Below, piece after piece: positions 59,148 to 64,000 of a stretch of 64,000 nt of DNA. Where the stretch lies: assembly GCA_965205855.1 (NCBI GenBank), contig OZ242184.1, positions 96,001-160,000 of the forward strand, read 5' to 3'. Positions within the stretch are counted from its first letter, which is position 1. Every line of letters starts with the position of its first letter. The position numbers were made by a program, and so were the translations under genes. The notes under the pieces were generated by a model. That model did not search any database and was not told the DNA's origin. It worked only from the letters and a program-made list of their open reading frames with translations. The stretch is from Thermodesulfobacteriota bacterium. GTDB taxonomy: Bacteria > Desulfobacterota_D > UBA1144 > Nemesobacterales > Mycalebacteriaceae.

Positions 59148-59635
59148 CAGGTCTGTTTTTCTTCAATCAGGCAAACCGCTTTTGCTGCTATTCCCTCGCC
59201 TCTGCCCGTAAAACCCATCTTTTCAGTGGTTGTGGCTTTGATGTTGACCGCGTTTTCTTCTATGCCGAGGTTTTCCGATATTTTCTCTTTCATCGCTTCG
59301 GTATAACGGGAAACAGCCGGTTTTTCACAAATAACAACGCAGTCCACATTGACAATTTCAAATCCCGCGTCCGAAATTTTTTCCCGTGTCCGGTCGAGAA
59401 AAAAAGCTCCCGAAGCATTTTCATACGCGGGGTCGGAGTCCGGAAAATGCGACCCTATGTCTCCCATTGCCGCCGCGCCCAGAAGGGAATCGCATATCGC
59501 ATGGGCGAGCACATCGGCGTCCGAGTGGCCTTCAAGGCCTTTCTCAAAGGGAATTTCCAGGCATCCGAGAAAAAGTTTTCGGTTTTCAGCAAACCTGTGC
59601 GCGTCAAACCCGATGCCGACACTTATTCGTTTCAT
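59147..59635 (-). CDS. ispF: 2-C-methyl-D-erythritol 2,4-cyclodiphosphate synthase
   Basis: GIGFDAHRF, GHSDADVLAHA, DIGSHFP, KATTTEKMG. Confidence 0.97.
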   Translation of the reverse strand: MKRISVGIGFDAHRFAENRKLFLGCLEIPFEKGLEGHSDADVLAHAICDSLLGAAAMGDIGSHFPDSDPAYENASGAFFLDRTREKISDAGFEIVNVDCVVICEKPAVSRYTEAMKEKISENLGIEENAVNIKATTTEKMGFTGRGEGIAAKAVCLIEEKQT

Positions 59636-59651
59636 TGGAATGGCAAACTCC

Positions 59652-60377
59652 TTAAATTCTCCATGCTTCGGCTAGCGCTTTGGCGATAAGAAAATCCTCT
59701 TCGGTTGTGATTTTCATATTGCGTCTCGCGCCCGGAATTACAATAACATCATGCCCCGCCGCTTCAAAAAGCGCCGCCTCATCGTTCACATCAGCCGGAT
59801 TGCCGGAGAAATTTTTATACGCGCATGCAAGCGGTTTTTTTTGAAACACCTGAGGGGTTTGTGCCCTCCAAATCCCGTCGCGGGAAATGGTCTCTTTCAA
59901 AAGTTTGCCGCTTTCCGAATATGCGGCGGTTTTTTTTATGGAATCATCAAGCGGAATTGCGGTAGTTGCCGCCCCGAAGCGGTTTGCGACTCGGATACAC
60001 GAATTTACTATGTGGTTGTCCACAAAGGGTCTTGCCGCGTCATGGAACAAAACCAGATGCGCGTCTTCTCCGGTTTCTTTAAAACCCATACGGGCGGATT
60101 CAAAACGGTTTTTGCCGCCCGCGATGATTTTTGTCTTGGAAATGCCGAATGTATCCGCAATCTCAACAGCCCTGTCTGTCTGTCCTGCGGGAGCGGCGAT
60201 GATGATTTCACTTATCTGCGGGTTTTTCTCAAATACTTTGAGACAGTGGGCGAGCAAAGGTATTCCCGCAAGGTTGCGAAACTGTTTCGGCTGTTTTTCT
60301 TTTTCGGCCCCCGCGCGTTTTCCCTCTCCGGCGGCGAGAACAACGGCAGAGGTATTTGTTTTTTCAAATTCGGACAT
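59652..60377 (-). CDS. ispD: 2-C-methyl-D-erythritol 4-phosphate cytidylyltransferase
   Basis: LAAGEGKR, PKQF, HDAARP, AQTPQVF, NMKITT. Confidence 0.95.
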   Translation of the reverse strand: MSEFEKTNTSAVVLAAGEGKRAGAEKEKQPKQFRNLAGIPLLAHCLKVFEKNPQISEIIIAAPAGQTDRAVEIADTFGISKTKIIAGGKNRFESARMGFKETGEDAHLVLFHDAARPFVDNHIVNSCIRVANRFGAATTAIPLDDSIKKTAAYSESGKLLKETISRDGIWRAQTPQVFQKKPLACAYKNFSGNPADVNDEAALFEAAGHDVIVIPGARRNMKITTEEDFLIAKALAEAWRI

Positions 60378-60603
60378 TAAAAAATGCTATCTCCCGATTG
60401 GGGTTCGGGCAAGTTTGAGACTCTTGGTTGTTGAGTTTTTTTCAATCGTCTTTCGTGAGACTGCGTATTCCGCAGTTGATTTACGTCTGATAAAAAGGTT
60501 GCTATTAGCAAAATCAGAGTTGGATGTTTAACGTATCTCAAAAAACACCTTGAAACAGCAAGCGTAAATAATCATAATAGGCAGGTTCGCGGGAGCTTTA
60601 TAT

Positions 60604-61347
60604 TTGAAGGTCCAAACCCTTGCCAGCGGCAGTTCGGGAAACTGCACTTTTATAGACAGCGGAAACTCAAGGATACTTGTTGACGCCGGTATGAGTGCGA
60701 AAAAACTTTGCCGCGCACTGGGTTCAATCGGAGTGAGTATGGATGACATAGATGCCGTTGTCGTAAGCCATGAGCACTCCGATCATTCAAAAGCGATAAC
60801 GGCCATACCCGTTCCCATCTATATTTCATCGGCGACAAGGCATTTGTGGCACGGCAAGGTTGATTCACTTTGTGAGTTTCAAACCGGAAACGGTTTTGAA
60901 GTGGGAGATATGAGAGTAACCGCTTTTCCCGTTCCCCATGACGCGCTTGATCCGGTTGGTTTTACAGTTGAAAGCGACGGCAAAAAGGTTGGAATTGCCA
61001 CAGATGTCGGGTCGGCGAACGGAGTTGTTTCGGACGGGCTTCGGGGTTGCGATATGCTTATAATAGAGTCCAACCATGATGAGGGACAGCTTCTGTCTGG
61101 CAAATATCCGTGGGAGCTCAAACAGAGGGTTGGCGGACGGTTCGGGCATCTTTCAAACCGCCAGTGCTACAACCTTCTCGGCAGCATCGCTCACGCCAAA
61201 CTGCGGTTTGTTGTGCTTGCCCACCTAAGCGAACGCAACAATGTTCCTCAACTCGCCCTTGAGTCCGCGCGGGAAGCCGTGGAAGAGTTTTCGGCTTCGG
61301 TGTATATTGCCCCCAGAAACAATCCCGGAGAGGTGTTTGTGCTTTGA
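60604..61347 (+). CDS. MBL-fold hydrolase, YycJ/WalJ-like
   Basis: LASGSSGN, HEHSDH, PHDA, ESNHD, GHLSN, AHLS. Confidence 0.92.
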   Translation: MKVQTLASGSSGNCTFIDSGNSRILVDAGMSAKKLCRALGSIGVSMDDIDAVVVSHEHSDHSKAITAIPVPIYISSATRHLWHGKVDSLCEFQTGNGFEVGDMRVTAFPVPHDALDPVGFTVESDGKKVGIATDVGSANGVVSDGLRGCDMLIIESNHDEGQLLSGKYPWELKQRVGGRFGHLSNRQCYNLLGSIAHAKLRFVVLAHLSERNNVPQLALESAREAVEEFSASVYIAPRNNPGEVFVL

Positions 61348-62636
61348 TTTCAAGATACGGCAGAAAAGAAATGATGGAAATCTGGAGCGATGAAACAAAA
61401 TACTCCAAATGGCTTGAGGTTGAGCTTGCGGTTTGTCGCGCGTGGTGCAAAGCAGGAAAGATTCCCGAGCGAGCCCTTACGGACATTGAAAAAAAAGCCG
61501 CATTTGACACAAAAAGAATCACCGAACTTGAAAAAGAGCTGAAGCATGATGTGCTAGCGTTTCTTACCTCGGTTGCCGAAAATGTCGGTGAAAATTCAAG
61601 ATACATACATATGGGCATAACCTCGTCTGATGTTCTGGACACCGCTTTCGCCCTTCAGCTTAAAAGCGCCGCGCAAATTCTGCTCAAAGACATAAAAGCG
61701 GTGATGAAGGTTTTGAAAAAAAGGGCGCTTGAGCATAAAACAACCCCGATGATAGGAAGATCTCACGGAATTCACGCCGAGCCCAAAACGCTAGGTCTTG
61801 TTTTTGCACTCTGGTATGACGAAATGGCGAGAAACCTTGACAGAATGATCCGCGCGGCCGAACTTGTGAGCGTGGGAATGATGTCCGGTCCGGTCGGCAC
61901 ATACGCGAGCGTGCCTCCGGAGATTGAGAAAAACGCCTGTGGAGAACTGGGGTTGAAACCCGCTTCCATATCCACTCAGATAATCCACCGCGACATACAC
62001 GCGGAGTATTTTCTGTGTCTTTCCCTGATTGCCGCAGGCATTGAAAGAATAGCGACCGAGATAAGACATTTTCAAAGAACCGAAGTTCTTGAGATGGAAG
62101 AGCCGTTCGGAAGCGGTCAAAAAGGGTCTTCCGCCATGCCTCACAAGAAAAATCCGGTTTTGTCGGAAAACCTTTGCGGTCTCGCGAGGATTGTCAGGTC
62201 ACACTCCGTTCCGGCTCTTGAAAACATAACTCTCTGGCACGAAAGGGACATAAGCCACTCCTCTGTTGAGAGGATAATTGCCCCGGACGGCGCGATACTG
62301 ACCGACTTTATGCTCGCACGCCTGAAATTTCTTCTTGAAGGCCTTGTCATACACAAAGACAGACTCGCAGAGAACATGGATTTGACGAAGGGACTTGTTT
62401 TTTCGCAGAAGGTTCTGTTGAAGATTATTGAAAAGGGAGTGTCGCGCGAGGATGCATACGACATAGTTCAGAGAAACGCGATGAAATGCTGGGAAACAAA
62501 AACCGGTTTTTGCGACGTACTCAAAAAAGACAAGCAGCTGTCGCGTTTTCTCTCGGCGGAGGATATTGACGGCTGTTTTGATATTTCGGGGGATTTTCAA
62601 TATGTTGAGGCGATTTTCAAGCGCGTTTTTAAATAA
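61344..62636 (+). CDS. purB: Adenylosuccinate lyase
   Basis: MISRY, KHDV, GRSHGIHAEP, GSSAMPHKKNP, WHERDISHSS. Confidence 0.97.
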   Translation: MISRYGRKEMMEIWSDETKYSKWLEVELAVCRAWCKAGKIPERALTDIEKKAAFDTKRITELEKELKHDVLAFLTSVAENVGENSRYIHMGITSSDVLDTAFALQLKSAAQILLKDIKAVMKVLKKRALEHKTTPMIGRSHGIHAEPKTLGLVFALWYDEMARNLDRMIRAAELVSVGMMSGPVGTYASVPPEIEKNACGELGLKPASISTQIIHRDIHAEYFLCLSLIAAGIERIATEIRHFQRTEVLEMEEPFGSGQKGSSAMPHKKNPVLSENLCGLARIVRSHSVPALENITLWHERDISHSSVERIIAPDGAILTDFMLARLKFLLEGLVIHKDRLAENMDLTKGLVFSQKVLLKIIEKGVSREDAYDIVQRNAMKCWETKTGFCDVLKKDKQLSRFLSAEDIDGCFDISGDFQYVEAIFKRVFK

Positions 62637-63627
62637 TTTCGCAACTGCGGGGCTTTTCTGCCTTTTGCTTTTTTTCTGCGCAAACTCATGGGCAGTCTCC
62701 GCGGATGAAAAAGTGCAAAAAGCGACGGAATCCTTCGCCCGGAATTTTTCGCTTTTTATTCAGGACGGATACACGGTCGGCTTTGAGAGGGATGGCGCGC
62801 ACAAGGACGGGGATTTCATCAAGGGGCGTTTTGTTTTTAAACCTGCACGGGGAGGGGAGGGACAGATTGAGCCTGTTGGTTTTGTTCTGTCTCCGGACGG
62901 AAAGATTCTTATGGTCGGAGCCGTCGGGCCCCTTGACCCGATCTACTTCAAAAAATCTCCGGTCGGAGAATTTCGCATGGTTCCCGGTTCGGTAAAAAAC
63001 GCTCCCGTGCTTCTTGTTTCAAAAGACGGGCAGATAATCGCGGCGAGCAGGATTATGGAAACCGGAGTTGATTACGCGAAGAAAAACAGGAACACAATTT
63101 CCCTTGCCGGTTCTCCGGCGCTGGGCAGTAAAAACGCGCCGGTTGTGATTGTTGAATATTCGGATTTTCAGTGCCCTTACTGCCGCGGGGTGGTTGAAAC
63201 TCTTCACAGCATTTCCAATGAATATAAAGGGAAGGTGAAAATAGTTTTCAAGCACCTGCCGCTTGATTTTCACAAGTGGGCGTATCAGGCGGCGGAAACT
63301 TCTTTGTGTTTTCGCAAGCACGGGGGCGACAATGCGTTCTGGTATTTTCACGATGAGGTTTTCAAAAATCAGGAAACGGTAACGGAGGAGAACAGCAGAA
63401 AGCGGTTTTCCTCCTTGGCGTCCGGCGCGGGGCTTGACCCGAAAAGGGTTATTCGGTGTCTGGATTCCAGAGAGATGAAAAAACGGGTTAAGAAAGACAT
63501 CGATGAGGCGAAGATGCTTGAGGTGGACGGAACGCCGACCTTTTTTGTTGACGGAATAAGAGTGAACAATCCCGCTCTTTTAAGAAAAGCCGTTAATCTG
63601 CGTCTTTCCACGGAAGGTCGAAATTGA
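62602..63627 (+). CDS. DsbA-family thioredoxin-fold protein
   Basis: Signal peptide; EYSDFQCPYC, FKHLPL, GTPTFF. Start uncertain. Confidence 0.88.
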   Translation: MLRRFSSAFLNNFATAGLFCLLLFFCANSWAVSADEKVQKATESFARNFSLFIQDGYTVGFERDGAHKDGDFIKGRFVFKPARGGEGQIEPVGFVLSPDGKILMVGAVGPLDPIYFKKSPVGEFRMVPGSVKNAPVLLVSKDGQIIAASRIMETGVDYAKKNRNTISLAGSPALGSKNAPVVIVEYSDFQCPYCRGVVETLHSISNEYKGKVKIVFKHLPLDFHKWAYQAAETSLCFRKHGGDNAFWYFHDEVFKNQETVTEENSRKRFSSLASGAGLDPKRVIRCLDSREMKKRVKKDIDEAKMLEVDGTPTFFVDGIRVNNPALLRKAVNLRLSTEGRN

Positions 63628-63638
63628 AACGGGACGGC

Positions 63639-64000
63639 ATGGATTTTATCAATCAGACAAGCGCGGCTGTCGGAAGTAAATCTTCCGATATTCACGCATG
63701 GAAGGTTTCGCATCTGGAAAAGATATTTGTGCCTTTCTATTCCTCGGCAGACTTAAGGGTTTCGGACGGCAAGGTTGCCGTGGTTGACACAAACATATTT
63801 CCCGCCGGTTTCAACAACCTTTCCGAGAGTTTTCGCTCCCGTTTGGGCTCTCTTGTCAGAAGCACGCTTTTAAAGCGATATCCCGGTGCGGACAGGCTTC
63901 TGATAGTTCCTGAAATCCATACGCGTAACGCACATTACTGGGAAAACATCAAAACGCTTGAAACGGTTCTTCAACAGCAGGGATTTGAGGTGAGAGTGGG
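63639..64000 (+). CDS. gshA: Glutamate--cysteine ligase, 3'-truncated by the window edge
   Basis: Manual translation gives PFYSSADLR...VDTNIFPAGFNNL...LIVPEIHTRNAHY, matching the N-terminal motifs of the GshA family. Confidence 0.85.
   Translation, partial: MDFINQTSAAVGSKSSDIHAWKVSHLEKIFVPFYSSADLRVSDGKVAVVDTNIFPAGFNNLSESFRSRLGSLVRSTLLKRYPGADRLLIVPEIHTRNAHYWENIKTLETVLQQQGFEVRV

Noticed and set aside
1-64000. CRISPR arrays, tRNA/rRNA genes, IS elements, prophage or defence systems
   Set aside because: No regularly spaced repeats, cloverleaf motifs, transposase, integrase or phage ORFs were seen by eye; a tRNAscan/Rfam run would be needed to exclude small RNAs fully.

Overview
Gene-dense bacterial chromosomal window, roughly 50% GC by eye, from a Gram-negative organism (TolC, outer-membrane barrels, LapA-like protein). 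My impression is a deltaproteobacteria-related or Dadabacteria-like lineage, but this was not tested. Most of the window is housekeeping: purH, folD/folK, thiD, PMM/PGM, trpE/trpG, tadA, nuoI, nuoE, a fused AccA-AccD, erpA/iscA, apgM, lipA, sppA, rpsA, cmk, aroA, dnaB, glnD, nadBCA, ferritin, lon, dnaE, comEC, ispDF, purB, a DsbA-family gene and a partial gshA. Operons are scrambled; for example nuoE and nuoI are isolated. I found no rRNA, tRNA, CRISPR array or mobile element. The most unusual content is a set of paralogous, poorly characterised metabolic genes: (i) a tandem pair of enlarged acetoacetate-decarboxylase-like (Schiff-base Lys) proteins with a palindromic operator and a structured leader, (ii) a third, exported ADC-fold protein that lacks the catalytic residues, (iii) two CaiC-like acyl-CoA ligases with non-canonical A7/A8 motifs, (iv) a tandem pair of large outer-membrane barrels, and (v) orphan PaaI thioesterase, DUF35, acyl-CoA dehydrogenase and AmiS/UreI channel genes. 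Together these may be a dispersed, uncharacterised uptake and catabolism pathway (inference). Also notable: lipA has no canonical in-frame start upstream of its conserved N-terminus, the carboxyltransferase is fused in alpha-beta order, and the ComEC nuclease domain is degenerate. All family assignments come from motif recognition by eye; no database searches were run.
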